Shown here piece after piece: positions 24,364 to 35,771 of a stretch of 64,000 nucleotides of DNA. How positions within the stretch are numbered: position 1 is the stretch's first letter; the number at the start of each line of letters is the position of its first letter. The stretch covers positions 1,171,224 to 1,235,223 of the forward strand of contig WELB01000012.1 in NCBI GenBank assembly GCA_009602725.1. The letters are read 5' to 3'. The position numbers and the translations under genes were made by a program. This stretch comes from Spirogloea muscicola (lineage: Eukaryota). The notes below the pieces were generated by a model. It worked only from the letters and a program-made list of their open reading frames with translations, did no database searches and was not told where the DNA came from.

Positions 24364-27300
24364 TCAATTGTGGTGACCAACACCTGGAGGGTGCATCCCA
24401 GTATGAGGGGGGTGGTGGCCGACCCCAGCCGCGTGGTGTCCAGTGCCAGGAGGGTGCTTTCCTACTCCTGGCGGGTGATGGCCGATAATTCCTGCATCAC
24501 CTCACGAAGACAGTGGTGAGGAGGCGGCAGGAAGGTCAGGCGTGCACAATTGTGGGCAAAAGGATGACTTCCAGAGCCTGTCAGTACATAACCGCTGGCG
24601 TTGGCCGTGGTGTGAGGACTCCGGGATGCTGTATTCATCCGTGCTCTGCTACTTTCCTATGAGAGGATAATTGGACAACGATGGCAGGCAAGGCTGACAA
24701 GAAGGACACAGTACATTGTGGAATGGACTGTGCAGCCGAGTGCATGATCGGAGGAGGGGGAGTAATATGCTCAGCAAATAAATGGTATGGAAGCGCCAGG
24801 GAGGAAGATGGGCAAGGAGAGACGGCCTGGGTACTATTGGCAAAGGAAGGAGGGGGGAGGAGAAGTACCTTGCGGGGAGGACGCGAATGTGGGAGGGGGT
24901 GGGGACGGAGAGGTGGTTGACAGTGACGACGAGGAGGGCAGCTTTCAGGACGACGAGAGCGAGGCCGAGGATGAGGACGACAGCGGCAAGGTTGCGGCCG
25001 GCCGGGGGGCTGGCGAAGGTAGCCGGAGGCAGGAGCAAGCCCAGACGGCTCGGACCAGGAGCGTGCAGGGAGAGCAGCAGGACGTGGACGATATTGACGA
25101 CCTGGTAGCGGATGACAGGCGGTGGGCTGACTGGCAGCGCAGACGGGCTGCCATCGACGAGCTGCGTGAGTTCCAGGTGCTGGCTTGGACCCTCCCTCGC
25201 CTGCATGGCCTGTGCGAGCTGACCCCCCTACTGCAGCGGTCCATAGGAACTTCCACACAGCTCCTATACCGAGTTGCTGGGTATCCTCCCATGGCGGGGG
25301 CCTGCCTCTACCTACAGCGTCGAGGGTGCTGTGAAGCTGCAGTCTTTGAGCTGGTGTAGCTCCCCTCAGCTACTGTGCTTGCACGGCTAGGCCGTCTTCG
25401 GCTGGCCCGACGCTCAGTTGACTGGGCTTGAGGCTTGAGAATGTAACTTGTGTAAGTTACAGCCTGCGGCAAGTCTAGCACAATAAGCTGTTTGTGCAGG
25501 ATGTTACTGTGTCATCTCTTCTCATCAATGAGCAAAGTGGCGTCCGATCCAGGCGACTGGCCGGGACCCTGACGACCCCTCCTGGGATGACTGGTTGGAC
25601 GAGGGGTGGGACTCGCCGGAACGTTACAAAGATGGTGCAATTGCAGTGCCCCTGTCCCATCTCTCAGTCCCACCTGCTGTGTCCACTTTGCAGGCAGGCT
25701 TCCAACATTCCAGATGGGTGCTCCAAAAGCATGTTGGTGGCGTGACTGCTTCAAGGCTGGTTCTTCTGCTCCTGCAGGGCCCATTGGTGCTGCTGGATGG
25801 TATGTTCCGCAGCCAGACTGGGAGAAAGGTGGCGTGCCGCGAGACACACCAAAGCTGCCGGAGCGAGGAATGAGCCGCACAGTCAAGGAGCTGCTATTGC
25901 GGATCCTTGAACCGCAGCCGGAGGTTGAGGAAGACCTTGCTTTTGAGGAGAAAGTTTTCCGCTACACAAGCCAGTCCACAGTATGTCAAGCTTGGATTGT
26001 GACCATCATTATCTGCCCTCCTCTCCTTCTTGACTTCTTGTTGGGATGCTTGACTGGTACTCTGTATAGGTTCAGGATCATGTCTAGGGTGACACGACGA
26101 GAGAGAAAAGCGACAGAATGGGCAGGAAATGTATGGGAATAGGGTAGCCTTGGCNTAGGAGGAGGTGGCGACGACGCCTCTGGTGGTGGAGGTGGAGGGA
26201 CTGGGGGAGGGGGCTGCGGAGGAGGTGGCGGGGAACTGCTGGGTGGCGGTGGTGGAGGTGTAGAACTCGGAGGCGGCTGAGGCAACGCCTCTGGGGGAGG
26301 CGGGGGAGGAGGCGGTGGCGAAGCCGTGGGAGGCGGCGGAGTGGGCGGAGGTTGGGGCTGAGGTGAGAGGGGCGGCGTCAATGGCCCTTTGGTAGTGCAG
26401 TTCTGCGGCATCCAGCCCATCTGCAGTCCACACAAAAGGCATTGGCAGGCTGCAGGTCAAAATCCCTTGGCAAAGGAAGGCCTGGCTTGGGCCTTCTCCC
26501 CAAGTAAGTGCTTTCTGTACTACCTCTGCTACACATCTGCATCATCATCTGCCACACACTTCCGCAAGCAACTAGATATTGGTGATGAGGTAGGCCTTTG
26601 CCTTTTGTCGACGGTTTCATGGAGGTGGGAAGGCAATCATCAGCTTGAGCTTGTTACCATGCTGAAAGCAGCCTCGCTGCTGAACAGCTTGTCATTGTAG
26701 GGCATGAGCAATTACCATGGTGTGGTTTAGATCGTGCACCATCAGGAAATTCTGCTGTGCAATATTGCCGATGACGTTCGAATCTCCCTCCTCAATGTAT
26801 GCACAGGCACCTTTACTTAACAAATGAATGTAATTCACAGGGGGTAGCCTGAAGTCGGATGGCCCTAACATGCGGAAGGTCATGACAGGGAATATGCCCA
26901 GGTTATTGATGTCCTCTGGTTGTGCCACTCGTCCAGACACGTTCCAACAAAGCACTCCATTGTAGGAGTTTACTCTGATGCAACACACGATCCAGGCAGA
27001 CAATCAGCTGCTGAAGCTAGTGCTGAAATGAAGCAGCTGCACATTGAAGACAACATAGAGCAGCAAGCATCATCCACAGGAGTGCAAATAAGCTGTGCTC
27101 GCAGATCTGAGCAGACACGATACACAGCACAGCGCTAGACTGCAGTAGTGATTACTTCACTCTTACATGGGCAGAGGCACGTTGGCACTCAAATAGTCAA
27201 CAACTGGCTGGTACGCAGCACTCACCAGCCTGAGACAGCATGTGTCAGAAAAGCCCGCCGTGGGCAGCATGCTTGACATGCTCATGATGACCAGATGGCA

Positions 27301-30075
27301 AACTTGGAACGTGCGTGTTAATTCAAGCATGGCATCAAGAAAGGCCAAGCAGCTGCAGTACTCACATTATAAAGGTTGTCCCAGAGTCAAAGAATGTCCC
27401 TCCTCCACCATTATCGTCAAAGGTAAAAGCAGCCGCAGGAATGCTGAGTGACGTTGTTCCAAAGAGTATCTCATTGACCTGCACATTGTAAAAAGTAGTA
27501 TACCCCTGGGTTGCATCCTGTCGGGGATTGCTGAGGAGCGGGGTGTACGTAACGCCTGCACTTGGTACTCCAGCCGACCCAAACTCCAACTCGCTCCCAG
27601 GCAGGTCAGGAGACACATACCAGCTTTGCAGGCACAGGGTGAACACATGGTCGTATGGCTCCAGCTGCAATGAGTAGATCACATGTCAAATAGTACCGGT
27701 CAAGAACAATCAGCCTCTTAAAATATCTCCGTCAACATGAACGATCAAGCATTGCATGCCCCACAGAATACGGAAGGTGGCAAGGGTTGCTGTAGCTCTG
27801 ATGAAAGATTCAGGACGGTTTTTTTGGTGAGATATTGCAAGCTTTTGTGTTCTACAGGTATGCACGTCTTTTACGTCAGACAGCCTTCTGTACGAAACAA
27901 CGTTTGTCTGCACTTGGAAATTCATCATGATGGGCCTTGCAGACATTTACCTGTTGAACAAAGGATAATGGCCCCCGTCCAAAGCCAATGAGGCCCCCAA
28001 TTGGGCCGAAAAGACCTGCATTGTCGTGACCGCAACCAAAGGTAATCCCCAAGAGCCTTGAAGTACCGCCACTGGTGTTGGTTAGCCAAACCGTCTCAGT
28101 TGCCAATTGACCCGAGGTGTGGGACCCATCTCCATAGCTGCATATTCTTGAGGTGCATGCTTCAGCACAGGTGATAAAGCACCTCGTAGAACAGAATCAT
28201 TGAGCTTCGCCTAGAAAGTAGCTCATGTGCTATAGCACTACTAGGAAGGTCTAGTGAGGCGAGTATGTGCCATGCTGCTAGTACTGCAGATTATCCACAG
28301 GACAGAGTCCTTCCAATTTCGCAGATGTGTACCTGTAGGTATATTCGCAGTCACTCTGGCCTCCTGATTCGTAGCACTGATCGTACCCGTTTTGAGTTTC
28401 TAAAAGTAGTGAGCAATCAAAAGTACTACAACTGAGGATAGAGAAGGTCGATGACTGAGTGGGATCGAACATGGGTCCAAGTTGCTCATAGCAGTTGGTG
28501 CAGGGCAAGCACTGCAGCAGCAAACGAGTCCAGAATAAGTGAGCCCCTTGCACATTCTCACCAATCACAGTGAGGTGCTTTAGTGTGATTTCCTATACAT
28601 ACATGTCACGATTGTAATTGGTGTTTTGAGATGTATGTTCCCATCCTGAGTGTCCATGCACAGGTGAAGAGCAGTGCTCATGATTAGGGAAGCCTGCTGC
28701 CAGAATCGACGGGCTGATGCAACCTGAGTCCACAGCAGATCACTGCCAGTGTCCGCAACTAGAACATGTGGCTGGGCCGGGTCGCCAATGCTGAATTCTG
28801 TGAAGTAATTGGGAAGGCCAATCAGGTATCCTGAGTGCACCGTGGTGTTGAAAGCTTCCTCAACAACTTGGAGCGCAGCCTCATGGGACGATCCTGTGAA
28901 CGTATTGTTGTGCACCCCAGACACAAGCCTCGGCCGCGCCAACGAAGGCAATCTCTTTCCTGGATGGCGATTTGGTTTTTTGCCAGTAATCAGGTGATAC
29001 AATCTCTCCGACCTTGCCTGCAGGTTGTGCGATAGCCCATAAGCAATTGCTCCATACACAGCATCCATTGGGGATGCATCGCAATAACCCTACGGCAATT
29101 CATGAGACAACTTCACAAGCAGCCACCTCAGACATTCTTTGAGAGCGGGCAGCGCGCAATCCAAGCATGTACAATCATGTCAGGGGAGCAGAACAATGCC
29201 TCCCACAGCAAGGCCTGATCTTATTGGGAAATAGCTGCAAGGAGACAGGGGTGCCAAAGTACTTGTAAGATGACATAGATGCGCAGCATCAGGTAGCACA
29301 TGCCGGTTGATATCTGCTTACCATATCGCTGTAGTACTGGAACCTGAGTGCGTGCTCCTCGCTGGGCCACTCCCTCCGAAAAGGCGAATGAGGTGCATCG
29401 ATGTGAGTGAGGCTCAACCTGCCATTTACATGTCACGCGTACGACTTGATGCTGCTCAGACAAAAAGGCTGTGAGGATCATGGAACATCAACCCTGCTGT
29501 AAATATCCACTGTCACGCTCTAATGCTGGGGCGACTGATGTAAGTGAGACCAAGGCTGGCAGCGTGGCATGCAGAAGCAAGCAGAGGAAAAGCCAAGAAC
29601 ACTTCCTTACTTCAATGTGGACGGCCTTTCCTCTGCATCCAGCATGGCACGTGCAGGACCTGGAATGAGCAGCAGACAGTGCCAGCAGCAGATGGTGCCA
29701 GCTTGAGGAGAGAGAGCCTACGCATGGGCCAAGTTGCAGCTGCAAAGCAAGTGTGTCTCTAGCACTGCTGCTGGTGTCTCGGACTTGGTCAGTGAGCGAA
29801 GGCCGGGCATGTGGGACGCACTCTCGCTACATTCGTGACATCGATCGCTACAAGGCTTGTAGAAAAAGCACTGCGGAGGCAGCCAGATAGTCCCAAGGAC
29901 ATGCTCCAATATCGATCCAGCAGACAGAGCCAGTGCGGCAGAGCGATGCTCTGCGGGCGGGGGCGGCTAGCCAACCTGCCGAAGCCCCATGGAGAGAGAG
30001 CACAACGAGGGCGACGAGCCGCAAGGGCGCACAGACAGCAGACGCTGCCCGCGGCGGCGGCCGTGGAGAGGCCAT
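24364..30075 (-). CDS. Aspartic protease-extensin chimera copy 1 (nepenthesin-type A1B); Pro-rich exon interrupted by foreign sequence, probably disrupted
   Basis: Signal peptide MASPRPPP..LRLVALVVLSLHGASAG and pro-segment LSLTHIDAPHSPF. Catalytic motifs VADTGSDLLWTQ and FFDSGTT are present, with a Cys-rich NAP insert (CLPCTNC..FDPTQSSTF..C), FGCG..GLIGFGRGPLSF and IGNIAQQNF. An SP-rich exon starts at 26420, and the His-rich last exon is 24364-24491. Confidence 0.85.
24916..26154 (+). other. Foreign, apparently intron-containing gene fragment (acidic region) lying inside the Pro-rich exon of copy 1
   Basis: Similarity to copy 2 breaks at 24915/24916 with no gap and resumes after the single N at 26155. 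The insert encodes VDSDDEEGSFQDDESEAEDEDD..WQRRRAAIDELREF and a spliceable DPDDPSWDDWLDEGWDSPERYKD/GRLPTFQMG..LLRILEPQPEVEEDL. Confidence 0.6.
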
Positions 30076-30574
30076 GGGGCCTCCTGCAGGCGGCGGGGGG
30101 GGGGGGGACGTGGGGTGGGGCTGGCGGCTTGCGCAGGAGTGAAGAAAGGAATGCGGCTGCTGGCGTCAAAAGAGCGGTCGCAGAAGCCAGCCAGGTGCAT
30201 ACCGGGGGGGCTCGTGAATAAATCAGCGGAGTCGAGAGGGAAGCCAGCAGCAATGGCAGGGCGCTGCAGGTGCAGCTGCAGCTGGGGGAGGAGACTGGCG
30301 TGTGGTGAGAAGATGGACATCGGCCAAGGGGGGAGGGGGATGGCGGGAGCGGGCCGCCAGGCGGGGTGCACGGCCGGCAGCCAGTCACGTCGTGGTCCGC
30401 GGAGCTGGGCGGCGCCCCGCGACCGCGCCCCGCGCCCCGCGCGGGGGCTCCTCCAATGGCAGGCTCCACCTCATCTTCAGAGAGAAGTCTTTCCAGATAC
30501 GAGGAATCAAATAAGATGCTCTGGTTGTCCAGCCAAGAATTAATCCTCATCTCTGGAAGGACTTGCCCTGCGGT

Positions 30575-30910
30575 CTCGAAGAAAGCGCGGCCAGATTGAC
30601 TGGTGGCTGTGAGAGGCCAGCTCAAAGGAATGGACAAAGTTTGAAGGAGCCGGATGGAGCAGAAAGCAAGGTATAATTGCTAAGACGGCAGCAAGGGGAC
30701 TCTCAGAAACCTAACCTCTAGTCAGTAGATGCAAACCAGAATAGATAGCAGGCGGATAGACGTCGCCCTGACGGAAGCCGGAGGCCGCAGCCAAAGCGCG
30801 GCCTGCGCGCAAGTGAAGTGCGAAGGCAAGGGACCGCTGCAAAGAAATGGCCAAGCGCATCCGGAACACTTGAGCGAGGGACCCGGCGACATCAAAGCCA
30901 GGCTGCTCGC
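30575..30910 (-). mobile_element. RLE non-LTR 3' relic with 3' UTR
   Basis: GFDVAGSLAQVFRMRLAISLQRSLAFALHLRAGRALAAASGFRQGD..LHLLTRG*. The UTR is closely similar to 55088-55230. Confidence 0.85.
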
Positions 30911-31182
30911 TCTGCTGCCCGTGTCTCGAGGAAGAAGCTCGCTCCGTTGGCGAGAAGAAGGCTACTCTTCCCAGTAGAGGGCGATGGTTGTGGTTGGCCA
31001 GCTCGGAAGGAAGAAAGAACGATCTTTGAAGTGGCCAGAAAGCAAAGAAGCTCTTCACAAGAATCATTCTTTTTTGGCAATGGCGCGATGGCTTCGGACA
31101 AAGTGAAAGGCCGCTGCACGTGAGGGGGAGAACTTTGGGTGGACAACAACGGACGAGGTCCAAAGGAGCCAAAGTCTGTGAA

Positions 31183-31496
31183 AGAAGAAATGGCCCTTCC
31201 AACGGGGGCAAGGGCTGTGAAAAGCCAGCCCAAAAGTATTGACAAAGGTTCGAAGGGGCCAAATGGCCGAAAGCGCCATGGCAGAACGGGTGTAGGATGG
31301 ACCACTCAGTAGCTACGAGTGAGGAGCCTCAAATCCGACAGACTTGCTGCCGGAAAGCTATCCCCCTGACGAAAGCCAGAGGCTGCAGCGAGAGCACGGC
31401 CAGCACGCAGATGCAAGGCGTGGGCCATGGACCGCTGGAGGGAGATTGACAGACGCATGCGATAGACCTGGGCCCACGAGCCAGCGGCGTTGAAGT
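31183..31496 (-). mobile_element. RLE non-LTR 3' end continuing into gap; same subfamily as 62.6-63.8 kb copy
   Basis: FNAAGSWAQVYRMRLSISLQRSMAHALHLRAGRALAAASGFRQGDSFPAASLSDLRLLTRSY* plus the shared UTR GTGGTCCATCCT. Confidence 0.9.
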
Positions 31497-32569
31497 NNNN
31501 NNNNNNNNNNNNNNNNNNNNNNNNNNNNNNNNNNNNNNNNNNNNNNNNNNNNNNNNNNNNNNNNNNNNNNNNNNNNNNNNNNNNNNNNNNNNNNNNNNNN
31601 NNNNNNNNNNNNNNNNNNNNNNNNNNNNNNNNNNNNNNNNNNNNNNNNNNNNNNNNNNNNNNNNNNNNNNNNNNNNNNNNNNNNNNNNNNNNNNNNNNNN
31701 NNNNNNNNNNNNNNNNNNNNNNNNNNNNNNNNNNNNNNNNNNNNNNNNNNNNNNNNNNNNNNNNNNNNNNNNNNNNNNNNNNNNNNNNNNNNNNNNNNNN
31801 NNNNNNNNNNNNNNNNNNNNNNNNNNNNNNNNNNNNNNNNNNNNNNNNNNNNNNNNNNNNNNNNNNNNNNNNNNNNNNNNNNNNNNNNNNNNNNNNNNNN
31901 NNNNNNNNNNNNNNNNNNNNNNNNNNNNNNNNNNNNNNNNNNNNNNNNNNNNNNNNNNNNNNNNNNNNNNNNNNNNNNNNNNNNNNNNNNNNNNNNNNNN
32001 NNNNNNNNNNNNNNNNNNNNNNNNNNNNNNNNNNNNNNNNNNNNNNNNNNNNNNNNNNNNNNNNNNNNNNNNNNNNNNNNNNNNNNNNNNNNNNNNNNNN
32101 NNNNNNNNNNNNNNNNNNNNNNNNNNNNNNNNNNNNNNNNNNNNNNNNNNNNNNNNNNNNNNNNNNNNNNNNNNNNNNNNNNNNNNNNNNNNNNNNNNNN
32201 NNNNNNNNNNNNNNNNNNNNNNNNNNNNNNNNNNNNNNNNNNNNNNNNNNNNNNNNNNNNNNNNNNNNNNNNNNNNNNNNNNNNNNNNNNNNNNNNTTTT
32301 TTTTTTTTTTTTTTCTCAAGCTTTGTAGCTTGGCGGTCTCGTGACCTTGCCGACAGCTACATAAACGGGCGTGGAACGGCAGCAGCGCCGTGTGGCTTGA
32401 TCAAATGGTGGGAACATTACACGACCTCCAGGTGAGATCTATGCTCTACACCTCTCGTGCTTGACCGTGCCACCCTTCCCTGGTCCAGGTGCTCAATCAG
32501 GCTCAGACGGCGAGGCGAATACCCAGCAGAACAGCTCCTCCCGCGGGACACTCAGGCCCCATAATGACC

Positions 32570-33160
32570 CCATCATCGCCGATGTGGTGACGACTGACTG
32601 CATCGACCCCGCCAATCCCACCAGATCGGCGTCGTTTGCAGGGCACGCGGGCGGCCTGGCGGCCCGGGGCAAGGAGCGAAAATATGCTGATTTCCCGGTT
32701 GGTGATAAATTCGCGGCCCTGGCGATGGATGTACACGGGGCTTTCGGCAGCCGCTGGCTGGATCTCCTTCAGCGGCTTGCCCGCCGTGCCATCGACCGGC
32801 GGCCGGGTCTGCCAGGGGGCGGTGCCCGGCTTTCCACGCCGCCGGTCCGCTCGCCCAAGTCTTCCTGGCGGTATCGCTTCAACGCTCCCTTGCCCACGCC
32901 GTCCACACGCGAGCAGGCCGTGCTATGGCCGCCGCCTCTGGGTCTCGGCGGAGTGCCTCTTTCCCTGCAGCGAGCTACTCAGACCTGATGTTGCTCAATC
33001 GTGGGTACTGAGCTTCCCACTGCATCGTCTGTGTGCTTTGCAGTCTTTTGTAGTGTAGTCCTTTTTCCGGCTCCTCTTTCTCTGGCTTTGGACATTGTCC
33101 ATTCTTTTTTGGGCTGGCTTTGCCAGCCCCTCTTCTCTATGGGCGAGCACTTTCTTCATG
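32570..33160 (+). mobile_element. RLE non-LTR relic including part of endonuclease core, frameshifted
   Basis: IIADVVTTDCIDPANP..AGHA..AARGKERKYADFPVGDKFAALAMDVHGAFGSRWLDLLQRLARRAIDRR, then (frameshift) AVSLQRSLAHAVH.RAGRA..ASYSDL, then a 3' module. Confidence 0.85.
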
Positions 33161-33385
33161 ATGGCGCTCAGCGGACGGATCTGTATGGGTTGTGGCTGCG
33201 CCATACGGTAGGCTGCGCCAAACGGGGGACTGCGCCGTAGCTACAGCGGCTTAAATACGCAGAGGTCGACCCGGGACGTACTATGTTCGTTCCTTTTTGA
33301 GCTGGCTTTTCCAGCCCCTATCCTCGTTGGGCGAGCCCTTTCTTCACCCGGGATGCCTGGATGGTGCCAAGCCTGTCTGAGAGAG

Positions 33386-33558
33386 AATGCGGCTGCTGAT
33401 ATTAAAAGAGCGGCTGTGAAAGCCAGCCAGATGCATACAGGTGTTCATGACCGAGCCACAGGCTAGGCAGCCAGGGCGCTCTTAGTAACCCCGTGTCAGC
33501 AGTAGGAAGTCAGATGAGCTGAGGGGAGGAAGAGCAACCCCGCTGCGCAAGCCAGAGG
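33386..33558 (-). mobile_element. Short RLE 3' end (..SSSDFLLLTRGY* plus UTR), near-identical to 61875-62043
   Basis: Direct comparison shows only a few substitutions over about 155 bp. Confidence 0.85.
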
Positions 33559-33764
33559 CAAAAGAGGCGGGGCACCAGGGGCTTTACCCTTGAAGGCCTC
33601 CGTCCGTCAGGACAGCTCTCCAGGATGAAAACGCCCGGGGTCCTCCGTGCGCGTGCCCACTTAGGTGCCTGCCGCTGATCCGCCATGACCCCCATCTCAG
33701 CTGGCGGGCGGTGGCTGGCTGCTGCCCACGCCGGGTTTATCTGAGTTGTTAGAAAGAAGCTTTT

Positions 33765-34130
33765 CCGAAGGAACATGGACGTGTATTGAGTGAGGAAGGG
33801 CCTGAGTGGCCAAGTACGAGGCAAGGACATCTACAGACATGCGCGAAGCATAAGCCTGAGCTCGCGGCAAAAGGGTTGATACACGACGGCGCAAGAACGA
33901 CAGGTACACTGCGGGCAAGCCCATCTCAGCTGGAAGCACATCCACACGCATGTTCTAGATTAGCAGTGTATCCGAGTAGGGTTTAGGATTCGAGGATCTA
34001 TGCAGCCAAAGATGTCGACTGCGGCTGGTAGCAGGTGATCGCAGCGGGGTAGTAGACAGTGCTGCATTTGCATTCTCTCTGCTTTGTGCAATTCACTGCG
34101 TGGTAAGTAATGTGGGTCGACACTGGACCT
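33765..34130 (-). mobile_element. Relic of a second, divergent RLE non-LTR family (duplicated at about 43990-44345)
   Basis: DHLLPAAVDIFGCIDPR (equivalent to DEFVPLAVDVHRALG) and VYLSFLRRRVSTLLPRAQAYA (equivalent to VYRMRLSISLQRSMAHA), followed by the GCCACTCAGGCCCT UTR motif. Confidence 0.6.
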
Positions 34131-35771
34131 TTAGCCCGGGGCGGGGGCTGTGAAAAGCCAGCCCACAAAATATGAACAATGTCCAAAGGATCGTTAAAGG
34201 TAATGATCGTCAGAGGTGCCTGCTCAGATATTCCTGTATCAAAGGCTGTCATGCCACCGGGCGTTGCCTGGTTATGCAGTGTCGATAAGGCACATTAGCA
34301 GCAACATGGGCATGGTGTTATACATTACGTGGCAGGCCACGTAGTTGAATCGTAGTAGGAAGTAAGGAACATCATGTCAGATGATAGCTCGGACAGATAT
34401 CCAACAAGCACAGCAAATGTATAATAAGCTTCGCTGTCGAATTTCATGCTGTGTGGACTTCTCATTATACAACTAAAGATATTGCGAGACAAGCATAGCT
34501 GCACACTTCTTTGATAGGATGTGCCATCTAGCCAAATTGGCTCGTTAGGTCCAATGGCCTGGGAACGTCTTCTTCCACTACCTACCATTACCCTGCCACC
34601 GTCTAAGCGGTACCCGCCACGACTGTCAAGAAAGGTCACAACCCTCAGCCGGGCTTTGGGCATTTCTGTCTATGATCTGGGGTTTACTTTGAGCGGCACG
34701 CATAGGATGGGTTGTGCACCGATGTCAGTCATGGTAAGACAGATGTGGTATGTTTTAAGACCAGAGCTGAGCTTGAAGTACCGTGCTCGCCACTCAAATC
34801 ACACAAGCTGATAGATGAGGTATCATGGTTGTCCACATTGCAGCCACCTTCGCATCCTCGTCATGCCAACACCAACGAGTTACTGACAAAATATTACACG
34901 ACAGCTCACGCTTGTGGACTCGTCTGGGCGGGCACTCCCTGCCTTTCACAGCCGTTGACCCCTTCTGATGTGACTTCCTCAAGCAGCTGTTGCATTGGGA
35001 CCAGTGAAAGTGCACACCTGGGCTGTGAGCTGCTACACAGCACGTCAATTGCGCCTCAGGCCAAAACCTCCAAGCCACAAACGAGTTCTCCTTTGGAGGA
35101 TCGACATATCTCTAGCCGCCAAAGCTGGCCGCTCATGCTGAGAAGCAAGTTATTCTGCAGCCATATCTGCGACACTGCATTCCAGTCCTGTACACCCAGT
35201 TGCCATCCATACATCCGGGTTGGCAAAAGCAAGTCCAGGTCTGCCCACGTACTATGCAGCAAAATGCCAATGTCCTGGCGCCCTGCCGGAAATTGACCCA
35301 TTGACCCCATTGATCTTTCACCACCAAGGCACTTGCTGGTGCCTTCCGACTGAGACTTGACACGCTACGGCCGTCACCAACCACTTATTCGCACTTGGAC
35401 TGTCTCTATGTACAAACTTTACCTACTGGCCATTTGCTTTCCTGCTCCCCGCTCTCCGCTCCTCTGCTCCCGAGCTGGCCGGTCATCTACAAGGGGCAAG
35501 GCACACCCTGGCATATACGGTTAATTCCTAGCCCATGTCTACAAGCAATAAGGTCTCCTACAAAGAGCAGCTCCACAATATTCGTTTTCGTCGCCATCTC
35601 CCAAGCCAGTTCCACGGCGCAGAACAGACTCCGTGTTGAGCCTTTCTCTGTCTTGAGGAAGCAAGACAGCTTCTTGTCCTGATGAAATGGCTACCCTCTC
35701 CAAGCATTCACCGCGCCGTCCTTTACTTGGTACCAATACTCCTTCAACGACGTCCCATCATTATAATGACA

